Shown here: positions 8,562 through 17,536 of the stretch, piece by piece
How positions within the stretch are numbered: position 1 is the stretch's first letter
Layout: each line of letters starts with the position of its first letter
Assembly (NCBI GenBank): GCA_050330335.1
Contig: JBHJNX010000116.1
Span: forward strand, 18,495-42,494
Reading direction: 5' to 3'
DNA from: Pleurocapsa sp.
Lineage (GTDB): Bacteria; Cyanobacteriota; Cyanobacteriia; Cyanobacteriales; Xenococcaceae
Length of the DNA stretch: 24,000 nucleotides
The notes under the pieces: model-generated
Database searches by the model: none
Told to the model about the DNA's origin: nothing
What the model saw: the letters and a program-made list of their open reading frames with translations, nothing else
Made by a program: the position numbers and the translations under genes

Positions 8562-9233
8562 TTATTTTTCTGCCTGAAATTGCTGCATTAACCATTGCCC
8601 TACTTCTGAATGATTAATACTCCTACTTCTTTGGAGTGCTTCAGTTAGGATATTTAATTTTAATCCTGTCAATATTTGAGACTCAGTAATTCTTTTACTC
8701 CCACCATTGGCGATTGCAAAAGCAATTATTTCACTATTGTGCGTATTTACTATCCAATATTCTTTAACCTGTAGTTCTTCATATAGAAGTCTTTTTTCCC
8801 CTAGATCATCGGCTAAAGATGTATTTGAAACTTCGATAACTAAATCTGGAACAGGATATTGATCTAGATTAACTATGCCCACTCCCCAAGGAATAGCATT
8901 AGCATTATCTCCAATGTAACAGGACAAATCGGGTTGAAATTCTCTCAATCCAGCCTGACGATAACTACAATTATCCTTGCCAGTCAAAGGAATGCCTTTG
9001 AGGCTAGCGTAAAGATAAATTGCATGATTAACAATAAAATGATCCTGAGAATGTTCGTTACCAATAGGTGTCATTTCAATTCTGTATTTACCTTGGTGAT
9101 AGTAGCCTTTAGAACTTTGGCAAACAGGATATTCGATGTTTTTAATGTATTCATCCCAGGTGGCAATAACCCAAGTATCTACTGTGAATTGTTCGACGAT
9201 AGAAACCATATTGATTTCAGAATTGTGCAGCAC
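8562..9233 (-). CDS. Uma2-family (DUF820) putative PD-(D/E)xK endonuclease
   Basis: 223 aa. Typical Uma2 core PDLVIEVSNTSLADDLGEKRLLYEELQVKEYWIV (D...E-V-S...K) and an upstream YELxxG-like region (RIEMTPIGNEHS). This family is very abundant in cyanobacteria. Confidence 0.8.
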   Translation of the reverse strand: MLHNSEINMVSIVEQFTVDTWVIATWDEYIKNIEYPVCQSSKGYYHQGKYRIEMTPIGNEHSQDHFIVNHAIYLYASLKGIPLTGKDNCSYRQAGLREFQPDLSCYIGDNANAIPWGVGIVNLDQYPVPDLVIEVSNTSLADDLGEKRLLYEELQVKEYWIVNTHNSEIIAFAIANGGSKRITESQILTGLKLNILTEALQRSRSINHSEVGQWLMQQFQAEK

Positions 9234-9505
9234 TGCTTTAAATTATATTAGATCGATCCAATGGTTATGCAACTCAAAGGACATCGCCCGTTCAATTTAA
9301 GTTATTGGTTCAGTGTGGATTTATCAATAGTTAATTTTAAGATAGCGCGATCGCAATGGAGAGTTGAAACAGCAGGAGAATTCAATACCGATTAAATTTT
9401 TTACCCAAGGGAATAGTGTCTCTATTTTCTTGGGCAATTATGTTTATAATGCTTAGAGGGAATTTGCATTGCTATTTAGATTTAAATATTACAGACTCTA
9501 ACTCT

Positions 9506-10537
9506 ATGTTTGCCGAAAGAACCTTACCTAAATTCGATCCTGCCTCAGTTAAGATTACTCAAGAAGAAGGATTAGTGCTTTACGAAGATATGGTTTTAGG
9601 ACGCTTATTTGAAGATAAGTGTGCTGAAATGTACTATCGGGGTAAAATGTTTGGTTTTGTCCACCTCTACAATGGTCAAGAAGCAGTTTCTTCCGGCATA
9701 GTTAAAGCTTTAAGAAGCCAAGGAGATTATGTCTGTAGCACCTATCGCGACCACGTTCATGCCCTCAGTGCTGGCGTTCCTGCCAAACAAGTAATGGCAG
9801 AATTGTTTGGTAAAGAAACTGGTTGCAGTAAAGGAAGAGGCGGCTCGATGCATATGTTTTCTGCCGAACATGGACTGTTAGGAGGTTATGCTTTTGTGGC
9901 AGAAGGTATTCCCGTAGCTACTGGTGCTGCTTTCCAGAGTAAATACCGTAAAGAAGTGATGGGGGATGATAATTCCGATGGCGTAACGGTGTGCTTTTTT
10001 GGCGATGGTGCGAGTAATAATGGTCAGTTTTTTGAATGTTTGAATATGGCTGCTTTATGGAAACTGCCAATTATCTATGTAGTAGAAAATAATAAATGGG
10101 CGATCGGGATGTCTCATTATCGTGCTACCTCCCAACCAGAAATTTATAAAAAAGCCAGTGTATTTAGTATGCCTGGTTATGAAGTAGATGGTATGGATGT
10201 ATTGGCTGTTAATACGTTAGCTAAAGAAGCTGTAGCTAGAGCGCGCTCAGGAGAAGGCCCGACGTTGATTGAGGCTTTAACTTATCGTTTTCGGGGTCAT
10301 TCCCTGGCAGATCCCGATGAATTGCGATCGCAATCAGAAAAAGAATTTTGGTCACAAAGAGACCCCATTACTAAATTTGCGGCTTATTTAACCGAACAAA
10401 ATTTGGCTACAAGCGAACAATTAAAAGAAATTGACACTCGCATTCAAGAGCAGATTAATGAAGCAGTTAAATTTGCTGAAGAAAGTCCCGAACCCAATCC
10501 TGACGAATTACATCGTTATATTTTTGCTGAAGATTAA
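9506..10537 (+). CDS. pdhA: Pyruvate dehydrogenase (acetyl-transferring) E1 alpha subunit
   Basis: Motifs [15 protein letters not shown], the TPP-binding block [36 protein letters not shown], and [12 protein letters not shown]. The ORF-track start at 9416 adds 30 non-conserved residues. ATG 9506 gives the usual 343 aa. Confidence 0.9.
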   Translation: MFAERTLPKFDPASVKITQEEGLVLYEDMVLGRLFEDKCAEMYYRGKMFGFVHLYNGQEAVSSGIVKALRSQGDYVCSTYRDHVHALSAGVPAKQVMAELFGKETGCSKGRGGSMHMFSAEHGLLGGYAFVAEGIPVATGAAFQSKYRKEVMGDDNSDGVTVCFFGDGASNNGQFFECLNMAALWKLPIIYVVENNKWAIGMSHYRATSQPEIYKKASVFSMPGYEVDGMDVLAVNTLAKEAVARARSGEGPTLIEALTYRFRGHSLADPDELRSQSEKEFWSQRDPITKFAAYLTEQNLATSEQLKEIDTRIQEQINEAVKFAEESPEPNPDELHRYIFAED

Positions 10538-10655
10538 ACTCTCATTTGTAGGGGTGAACCTGTTGTTATCCCCTACAACAAAAAACTAGAAGAAATTAAT
10601 TTCCCCTAGTCTAGTAAATTCAATGAAAATTGAAACAGATTGTTGTTGGAATATT

Positions 10656-10997
10656 TTAGTCTAAATAGCCCATTAAAATAGTTGGATCGTCGATTTCGTT
10701 GGATGCAACAGGACGATTACCCAAAATGTGAATGTCGCTGATTTTAAGCGTGCTGACAGCAATAGGGCGATTACCAGAAATAGTCAGAGAACTGTTAAAG
10801 TTGATCGTACCTTTGGTAACGGGACGATTTGAGCCTACAGAAACATAGGTACGGACTATTTCTAAGTGACTGGGTTCGATGGGTCTATTTTGAGGTAATA
10901 GAGTATTTCTCTCTTGTATTGATAAAGCTGTTGACTGATTTTCAGTTTCGGCTTCTGCAAGTTGAGAGCCGTTAATATCAACGTTTTCTACAGTCAT
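10656..10997 (-). CDS. Small acidic protein with four (S/G/Q)NRP(I/V) repeats; function unknown
   Basis: 113-aa ORF. NRP occurs at residues 37, 57, 76 and 94 (period 18-20 aa), each followed by a short beta-like stretch. GGAGAC lies upstream of the ATG. No TM segment and no signal peptide. Confidence 0.5.
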   Translation of the reverse strand: MTVENVDINGSQLAEAETENQSTALSIQERNTLLPQNRPIEPSHLEIVRTYVSVGSNRPVTKGTINFNSSLTISGNRPIAVSTLKISDIHILGNRPVASNEIDDPTILMGYLD

Positions 10998-11173
10998 CGG
11001 ATTGTCTCCTAAATTTACTTAATATTGTTAGGGTGTCTGAGAAATTAAGCTACTATTTTCTACTACTATTTATTATCTCTTAATAACTGTCTTTATTTTG
11101 ACACTCTACGGTTGTGGCGACAACAACTTATTCAACTCTGGTAATTAACAATAAGTCGTGTTTATCAATAGAT

Positions 11174-11545
11174 TTAACCAAAACTGTCTAAGTCTATTGC
11201 TTTAAAACCACCCTTTTTAAATTGTAAAAAAACTTCTTGTAATTGTGACCAAATCAACGAAGCAGTAAACAGAGTGATAGGTAAAGTGATACCATAGGCA
11301 ACAATAATACCGAAGCCAAAAGTCAAGAAACCCCCTGCCAAAAATATCCAAACTCCCAAACAAATTCCTGCATAAGTGAGAGCCAAACCAGAGCCTGCTA
11401 ATTGATAAGAACTAGAATCTTGCGGTTTTTTTGACCAAGATCGCAATTTTTGTTCGATTTGAACTTGAAATGTTGCACCAAAAATCATAGCGATCGCTAG
11501 TCCAATAATGGGTATTAGAAATGGCGGTTGAGGATAATAGTACAT
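11174..11545 (-). CDS. Small integral membrane protein (about 3 TM), unknown function
   Basis: 123-aa ORF with three long hydrophobic segments. It lies 40 bp downstream of the ABC1 kinase gene on the same strand. Confidence 0.5.
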   Translation of the reverse strand: MYYYPQPPFLIPIIGLAIAMIFGATFQVQIEQKLRSWSKKPQDSSSYQLAGSGLALTYAGICLGVWIFLAGGFLTFGFGIIVAYGITLPITLFTASLIWSQLQEVFLQFKKGGFKAIDLDSFG

Positions 11546-11585
11546 AAATAGTTAATTCAATGATTATTTTGCCTTTATAATCACT

Positions 11586-13319
11586 CTATCGCGTAGTGGT
11601 AGCAGTGGGAATAATTGCCGCTACTCTTTCACTAGAAATTTGACGAAAGGTATTAACTGCCAAATCGAAGATTTTTTGCGGCTGAATCTCTTCTTGAATC
11701 AAACTCCAAAGACGTTGTATTTCTGTAGTATGTAAGCGATCATCTTCTGTCAGAGCTAGTAGTAGTTGACGGCGTAAATATTGTCCTTCTTCTGATAATA
11801 AGTATTGTAATCCCAAGCGTGCGGTGGGTAATAGGTCAAAGCGTTCATCAGATTGAGCGATCGCAATCATGTTTTCTAATCTCTGCCACTGAAATTTGCC
11901 ATCTTTAATTAAAACATCGAGCAAACGCCTTCTAAGTTGGGGAGATTCTCCTGTTAGTAATCTTTGAGATACGTAGGGATAAGATACTTCGACGATTTTA
12001 AAATTGGGATTTAGGCTCAATGCCAATCCTTCTTGAGTAATTAAGGAACGAATAATTAGGGCAAATTTTGCAGGTAGACGAAAAGGATATTCATACATGA
12101 TTTCGGAAAATTCATCAGTGATGGTTTTAAAGTTGAAATCACCAACGCTTTCTCCAATTGCGTTACCTAAAACTTTTTCTAAGGCGGGAATAATCGGTTG
12201 AATGTCAGTATCTGGGGTTAAAAACCCTAAATTAACAAAATCTTTGGCTAAAGCTGGATAATCGTTATTAATTAACTGCACTACTGCACTGGCAATAGTT
12301 TCTTTCATGGATTCTTCTAACTGATCCATCATGCCAAAATCAATATATGCCATGCGACCATCTAGGGTGGCGAAAAGATTACCAGGATGGGGATCGGCAT
12401 GGAAAAACCCAAATTCTAATAGCTGACGCAAACCAGAAGTAACACCAATCTTGACTAATTTATCTGCATCTAAACCAGCTGCTTGAAGTTTAGCGACATC
12501 TGTTAGCTTAATGCCGTTAATCCATTCTAAAGTGAGAACTCTTTGATTACTATATTTTTTGTAAATAACTGGAACTTTAACGTCTGGATCACCATCAAAA
12601 TTGTAGGCAAATTTCTCGGCGTTATTGGCTTCGTTGAGATAGTCGATTTCTTCAAATAATTTGGTGCCGAATTCATCGACAATTAAAGTCAGATCATGAC
12701 CGAGATTTAATGGTAGCCAGGGTGCTAGCCAGCCAGCCAGCCAACGCATAAGATAAAGATCTAAACTGAGAAGGGGACGTAAATTAGGGCGTTGTACTTT
12801 AATCGCTACTTCTTCTCCACTGTGTAAGATACCTCGATAAACCTGACCTAAACTAGCTGCGGCAACTGGATTGGAAGAAATGTCGCGATAAGCAGTATCT
12901 ACAGGACATCCTAGTTCCGATTCGATAATTTCAAAGGCAATTTGATTGCTAAAGGGTGGTAATTGGTCTTGGAGTTTGATTAATTCATCGAGAAAATCTT
13001 TGCGAATTAAATCAGGCCTGGTAGACAGTGCTTGCCCAACTTTGATATATGTAGGCCCTAATTTGGTCAGAATTTTACGTAATTCTCTAGCACGTTTCTG
13101 TTTGTTTTTTTCTTCTTGTTTCGTCCAGCGATCCAAGAGCAAATGAAGAACAAAATTACCAAACAACCAAACTATCACAACTGCTCTCAGTACAACTTTC
13201 CAAGGTCGGTAGCGATATACTTGGGCTATCTTTTGGGGATCGTAACGTAAACAAGGGTCTTGTAGTCCGAATTGACTTGTTATTTGCCCCCGATCGCTAG
13301 ATAGTTTAGATGATTGCAT
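11586..13319 (-). CDS. ABC1/UbiB/AarF atypical kinase family protein
   Basis: 577 aa with the ABC1 signatures AAASLGQVYRG, EVAIKVQRP, FFHADPHPGNL and YIDFGMM. Confidence 0.88.
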   Translation of the reverse strand: MQSSKLSSDRGQITSQFGLQDPCLRYDPQKIAQVYRYRPWKVVLRAVVIVWLFGNFVLHLLLDRWTKQEEKNKQKRARELRKILTKLGPTYIKVGQALSTRPDLIRKDFLDELIKLQDQLPPFSNQIAFEIIESELGCPVDTAYRDISSNPVAAASLGQVYRGILHSGEEVAIKVQRPNLRPLLSLDLYLMRWLAGWLAPWLPLNLGHDLTLIVDEFGTKLFEEIDYLNEANNAEKFAYNFDGDPDVKVPVIYKKYSNQRVLTLEWINGIKLTDVAKLQAAGLDADKLVKIGVTSGLRQLLEFGFFHADPHPGNLFATLDGRMAYIDFGMMDQLEESMKETIASAVVQLINNDYPALAKDFVNLGFLTPDTDIQPIIPALEKVLGNAIGESVGDFNFKTITDEFSEIMYEYPFRLPAKFALIIRSLITQEGLALSLNPNFKIVEVSYPYVSQRLLTGESPQLRRRLLDVLIKDGKFQWQRLENMIAIAQSDERFDLLPTARLGLQYLLSEEGQYLRRQLLLALTEDDRLHTTEIQRLWSLIQEEIQPQKIFDLAVNTFRQISSERVAAIIPTATTTR

Positions 13320-13504
13320 TTCACTCCATTTAGAGAAACTCGATCTCGACTCAATTGCCCTTGACTTATTAAGGGTTTTTACTTAGTATACAATTATTTT
13401 AGTATACAAAACTACAAATTCCTTAACTCAAGATTATCTTCTAGTTTAAACTTCTTTGCAGTAATAGCGATCGCTTTTTCTTGGTGTTTCCCTCCCGATG
13501 TTCT

Positions 13505-14251
13505 TTAGGAAGCAACAGCAATACCGAGCATTTCTTCAGGAGTTAGGTGAGAATGAACGACTCTACCATCTTTAAACCAAATAATTCTCTGAGTTAAACG
13601 GGCTACTTCTGTTTCGTGTGTCACCATAACTACCGTAATACCGCTCTGATGCAATTCGCCAAAGATCTCCAGTACTTCTTTAGTCGTCTGTGAGTCTAAC
13701 GCCCCAGTTGGTTCATCGGCAAGTAATAATAAGGGTTGATTAACAATAGCACGAGCGATCGCTACTCGTTGTTGTTGTCCTCCAGATAGTTGATTAGGTT
13801 TATTATGCATCCTATTACCCAAGCCTACTTTCGCTAAAGCTACAGTGGCGCGATCGCGTCTTTCGTTATAAGGTATATCAGCGTACACCATAGGTAGCAT
13901 GACATTTTCTAAAGCACTTATTTGGGGTAACAGATGAAACTGCTGAAAGACAAAACCAATTTTGCGATTGCGAATTGTGGCCAATTCCGCATCGGAAAGT
14001 GCTGCAACAGTTACGTTATCTAAATAGTAATTTCCAGAAGTAGGTCGATCTAAACAACCGATAATATTCATTACGGTAGACTTTCCCGAACCAGATGCAC
14101 CCATAATCGAGCAGTATTCACCTTGATGAACGATTAAATTAACTCGATCTAAAGCATGAACTATGGTGTCACCGCTACCATAGGTTTTAGTAACTGCTTC
14201 TAGGCGAATTATTACCGAATTAGATTGTGGAGATATTCCAGCAGAATCCAT
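13505..14251 (-). CDS. ABC transporter ATP-binding protein, MacB/LolD/DevA type (no cognate permease adjacent)
   Basis: Walker A GASGSGKST, Q-loop FVFQQFHLLP, signature LSGGQQQRVAIARA, Walker B LLLADEPTGALD, H-loop VMVTHE. Confidence 0.9.
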   Translation of the reverse strand: MDSAGISPQSNSVIIRLEAVTKTYGSGDTIVHALDRVNLIVHQGEYCSIMGASGSGKSTVMNIIGCLDRPTSGNYYLDNVTVAALSDAELATIRNRKIGFVFQQFHLLPQISALENVMLPMVYADIPYNERRDRATVALAKVGLGNRMHNKPNQLSGGQQQRVAIARAIVNQPLLLLADEPTGALDSQTTKEVLEIFGELHQSGITVVMVTHETEVARLTQRIIWFKDGRVVHSHLTPEEMLGIAVAS

Positions 14252-14283
14252 AAATAATTAGTTAAAGATTTTAGTATTGATGG

Positions 14284-15402
14284 TTATTCAGGGCGATCAG
14301 AGAAAGATGAATTATTTAATTTACCAACTAATTTACTTAATTCTTGTTGTATTTCTTGTAGACTAGTTTTTTCAATGAGATTTTTTTCTTGATTTAAATT
14401 AACTAAATGGTTATATTTATGACTGATATTGGCAACTTGCTGATTGAGTTCGAGAAACTTTTGGGTGAGTTTTTGCATGGAGTCTAAACTATACTCAAAA
14501 GACTGGGTTGATTTTTGTAAAATTAAAGAAGATTGAGAAAATTGATTTTGGGCGATCGCCAGATTGTTGGTTGCAGTAGCTAATTTTTCGGGGAAGCGAC
14601 TATTATCTAAGGTATTAGCAGCTTGTTTAAAAGTATCAGCACTATCATTAATTTTAGCAAATGCTTTGTTGACTGATTGTTCGATAGTTATCCCCAATTG
14701 TTGAACCATTTGATTGAAGTCTTGACTAAAGCGTTCGATGGCTACTTCAGTAGAACTCATTGGTTGTATTTGAGGTAAATAAATATTGTCAATATAGTCT
14801 TCTATAGTACTGAGTAATTTAGCTTTAGTTAAATTGGTATTCCACAGTAAATTAATTACTGTTAACAAAGAACTACAAGCAATCGCGATTAAACTAGTCG
14901 TAAAAGCAATCCCCATTCCTTGCAAGGGTGCATTTAATTCTTCTACTAAACTTCTAATATCATTTACATCTACTTGAGTAATAGTTTGACTTAAACTAGC
15001 CAGATTAAAAGTAATTCCCAAAAAAGTTCCTAGTAGTCCAAAAGAAAGTAATAAATTAGGTAAAATACGAGAGACGTTATCGGCAAATTCACAGGTCAAA
15101 GGTATACCCAAAAAACTAAATTTTTCTTGACTATATGTTCCTTCAATAATGGCTGACGTATTAATTTTTTCTAGATTTTCAATATCTCTGAATCTATATT
15201 CCAGTTTAGTAATTATTTTCGGAGGAAATTCTAATTTAATTCCACCTAATAATCTTCTAGTTTTACTTGCCATCTGGGATAAATGGATATACACCAGTAA
15301 TCGCAACAAGATGGCAAAAATAGTCGGTATAATTACCAAAAATACAGCTAAAAAAACTAGATAGCCGGGAAGTAAAGCCAAAATGCTTAAAATTTGTTCC
15401 AT
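14284..15402 (-). CDS. MotA/TolQ/ExbB-family channel-like protein with about 190-aa C-terminal helical (coiled-coil-like) tail
   Basis: TM1 is at residues 8-38, followed by a loop of about 70 aa. TM2 contains FGLLGTFLGI (compare ExbB GLFGTVWGI). TM3 contains GMGIAFTTSLIAIA (compare ExbB GIAEALIATAIGL). The rest is a Q/N/L-rich helical tail. No MotB/ExbD/TolR-like gene lies nearby. Confidence 0.6.
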   Translation of the reverse strand: MEQILSILALLPGYLVFLAVFLVIIPTIFAILLRLLVYIHLSQMASKTRRLLGGIKLEFPPKIITKLEYRFRDIENLEKINTSAIIEGTYSQEKFSFLGIPLTCEFADNVSRILPNLLLSFGLLGTFLGITFNLASLSQTITQVDVNDIRSLVEELNAPLQGMGIAFTTSLIAIACSSLLTVINLLWNTNLTKAKLLSTIEDYIDNIYLPQIQPMSSTEVAIERFSQDFNQMVQQLGITIEQSVNKAFAKINDSADTFKQAANTLDNSRFPEKLATATNNLAIAQNQFSQSSLILQKSTQSFEYSLDSMQKLTQKFLELNQQVANISHKYNHLVNLNQEKNLIEKTSLQEIQQELSKLVGKLNNSSFSDRPE

Positions 15403-15477
15403 GATCTTATCAAATATATGGCTATAAGGAAATTAGTTCCTAACTCTCTAGTAGTTTACCAATTTAATTTTAAACAA

Positions 15478-15505
15478 TTAATAGACTTCTCAAGAAGTCT
15501 ATTAA
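15478..15505 (-). terminator. Probable intrinsic terminator ending the cyn-NHase-hupE transcription unit
   Basis: Perfect 13-bp inverted repeat TTAATAGACTTCT / AGAAGTCTATTAA starting 12 nt after the hupE stop. On the minus strand it is followed by TTGTTTAAAATT. Confidence 0.55.
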
Positions 15506-15517
15506 CTAATAACTGAT

Positions 15518-16177
15518 TTACCCTATAATTGCCGAAGACAAAAAGACTATTCCGATCGCAGCGATCGCGCTACCTACAAAGCGAGTTATATATTTAAGAG
15601 AAATACGTTTGCTTAACTTAGTAGCTAGAATGTACGTTACTAATGAAATAGCTAACTGAATAATAGTAAAACCAATTAGATATGCCACTAAAGGAGTTGG
15701 TTCTGCGCCAAATATGCCTTCTCCGTAAGCAAAACCATGAAATATTCCTGATAACCCAGCTAGTGTAGTTATTAGTAAGTAATAATTGTTTTTTTCCCTT
15801 TTTTTCCCTTTAATAACTAATAAATAGCCAAATAAAACTACGGTCGCAGCAATAACTATTTCGGGAATGGGTAAATCAATCAAAGCTAAATGAATTCCCG
15901 CGCCGATACCCGTAGCAATGACAAAAGCAATGGGAATAATGATTCCTGCGGTCATCCCCACTGCCATTAAGCCACTAGCTACGATAAAAGCCAGATGATC
16001 CAAGCCAATCATTGGGTGTCCGAAACCAGACATAATGCCTTCAAAGAAGTTAGCGGGCATTTTACCCCCAAGGGGATGATGGGCGAAAGCTGGTGCGGTA
16101 ATTAATAGTTCGATGCCAACAATTCCTGCTGCTATGCTTAATTTGGATAAATAGGAATTCTGCTTTAATGATTTCAT
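15518..16177 (-). CDS. hupE: HupE/UreJ-family metal (Ni/Co) permease
   Basis: Signal-like N-terminus ending APAFA, then HHPLGG. Family motif GFGHPMIGLDHLAFIVASG. Multiple TM segments. The ORF opens at TTG 16213, overlapping the cobW-like stop; I prefer ATG 16177 (MKSLKQN..., 219 aa). Confidence 0.85.
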   Translation of the reverse strand: MKSLKQNSYLSKLSIAAGIVGIELLITAPAFAHHPLGGKMPANFFEGIMSGFGHPMIGLDHLAFIVASGLMAVGMTAGIIIPIAFVIATGIGAGIHLALIDLPIPEIVIAATVVLFGYLLVIKGKKREKNNYYLLITTLAGLSGIFHGFAYGEGIFGAEPTPLVAYLIGFTIIQLAISLVTYILATKLSKRISLKYITRFVGSAIAAIGIVFLSSAIIG

Positions 16178-16200
16178 TTTGCTATCTCTATTAGTTATTT

Positions 16201-17172
16201 TTACAATAAACAAGTTAAAAAGCCTTGTTTGAGGTCAGATTCATTGAGATTGCGCCCAATAAATATCAGTTCGTTAGTTTTAATTTCATCTGGTTTCCAG
16301 GGTTTACCAGGTCTACCATCTAGGGTCATATGTACTCCTTGAAAGACAAATCTGCGGTCTTCATCATCGACATTGAGTATCCCCTTCATGCGAAAGATAT
16401 CCTGACCGATCGCTTGTACTAATTGATACAGCCAGCGATTGAGTTGATCGCCGTTGACAACACCAGTTTGACTGATGGCGATCGCTATAACGGTTTCATC
16501 GTGTTCGTGGGCAGATTCTTCTAAGAATTGGGGGTCGATGGCTAGGGCATTTTTGAGATCGAATGCTTGCATCCCTAAAATTAAATCCATATCGATCTGG
16601 CAATTTTGGGTAGGATAAATTTTGGCGATCGCATTTCTGCCCCGTATTTTCTTAGTTAAGATGGTTAATTCTTCTAGGGTAACGAGATCGGTTTTATTGA
16701 GTAAAATTACATCGGCAAAAGCAATTTGTTCTTCTGCTTCGCTACTGTGCCAATGGTCTTGAATATATTTGGCATCAACTACGGTAATAACTGCATCTAA
16801 CTCTGTTTGTTTGTAGAGAATTTCATCGACAAAAAAGGATTGAATGACGGGGGCAGGATCGGCAAGTCCAGTGGTTTCGATGACGATATGGTCAAAGCTA
16901 TCCCGCCTGGCTAACAATTTACTAATAATCCGAATTAAGTCTCCTCTTACCGTACAGCAAATACAGCCGTTATTCATTTCCAGAATTTCTTCATCTGCAT
17001 CCACAACTAATTGATGATCGATGCCAATTTCCCCAAACTCGTTAACAATGACAGCTATTTTTTTCCCGTGTTCTTGGGTCAAGATGTTATTGAGTAAGGT
17101 AGTTTTTCCCGCCCCCAAATATCCCGTTAAAACCGTGACAGGAATTTTGCTTATTCTACTGCTTTTCTTCAT
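16201..17172 (-). CDS. COG0523 / CobW-family G3E GTPase metallochaperone
   Basis: P-loop [12 protein letters not shown], metal motif [23 protein letters not shown], plus a CobW C-terminal-like domain. It overlaps the upstream accessory gene by 17 nt. Confidence 0.9.
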   Translation of the reverse strand: MKKSSRISKIPVTVLTGYLGAGKTTLLNNILTQEHGKKIAVIVNEFGEIGIDHQLVVDADEEILEMNNGCICCTVRGDLIRIISKLLARRDSFDHIVIETTGLADPAPVIQSFFVDEILYKQTELDAVITVVDAKYIQDHWHSSEAEEQIAFADVILLNKTDLVTLEELTILTKKIRGRNAIAKIYPTQNCQIDMDLILGMQAFDLKNALAIDPQFLEESAHEHDETVIAIAISQTGVVNGDQLNRWLYQLVQAIGQDIFRMKGILNVDDEDRRFVFQGVHMTLDGRPGKPWKPDEIKTNELIFIGRNLNESDLKQGFLTCLL

Positions 17173-17512
17173 ACTTGCAATCTATTATTTGTGCGGTGCG
17201 TCTTTCTAATTCCCCTGCGTCGATTAGTTCCGATTCAATTACCATCTTTTCCAAAGCTAGTAACCAGCGTTGATAATAGTCCCAGCTTTTATCTTCCAAA
17301 ACATATTCTGCTTCCCATTCAGCAATAGAAGCAATCAACTCCTGGCGAAAATCTTCCCATTCATAATGACCTTTTTTCGCCAAAGCCAAAGCCATCCCGA
17401 AGGCTAATCCTTCCCAGTCGCGATCAAATTTTAGTTCGCCGTTATTTCTTGGGGGCGATTCTTCACTGCCCATGAGGCTAGTAGCTGCAAAATGTTCAAA
17501 TTTTAGTTGCAT
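17156..17512 (-). CDS. Nitrile hydratase accessory (activator/epsilon, beta-homologue) protein
   Basis: 118 aa with [41 protein letters not shown]...[10 protein letters not shown]. This is the pattern of the small Co-NHase accessory protein family. It lies immediately downstream of the alpha subunit. Confidence 0.8.
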   Translation of the reverse strand: MQLKFEHFAATSLMGSEESPPRNNGELKFDRDWEGLAFGMALALAKKGHYEWEDFRQELIASIAEWEAEYVLEDKSWDYYQRWLLALEKMVIESELIDAGELERRTAQIIDCKYEEKQ

Positions 17513-17536
17513 GATAATTAATGAATAATTAATAAT

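Noticed and set aside
8934-9251. 105-aa plus-strand ORF opposite the Uma2-family gene
   Set aside because: The Uma2 frame has the family core motif. The antisense translation is featureless.
9416-9505. 30-codon N-terminal extension of pdhA in the ORF track
   Set aside because: The sequence is not PdhA-like and the extension overlaps a leader hairpin. ATG 9506 gives the canonical length.
10546-10578. 9-bp hairpin TTGTAGGGG / CCCCTACAA after pdhA, considered as a terminator
   Set aside because: The flanks are the wrong way round, with T's upstream and an A-tract downstream, for both the plus-strand pdhA and the minus-strand neighbour. It is recorded only as an inverted repeat.
13383-13409. 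NtcA box (GTA-N8-TAC) in the TAGTATACAA repeats
   Set aside because: I checked the spacing. GTA is followed by TAC immediately or after the wrong distance, and no GTA-N8-TAC can be fitted.
14284-15402. Zorya-type (ZorA) anti-phage stator
   Set aside because: There is no ZorB/MotB-like peptidoglycan-binding partner and no ZorC/D/E-like effector genes nearby. The tail is far shorter than in ZorA. Only the general architecture is similar.
16178-16213. TTG-initiated 12-codon extension of hupE overlapping the cobW-like stop
   Set aside because: The extension ([12 protein letters not shown]) precedes a normal signal-like N-terminus that starts at ATG 16177. I cannot exclude the TTG start, but I consider it less likely.
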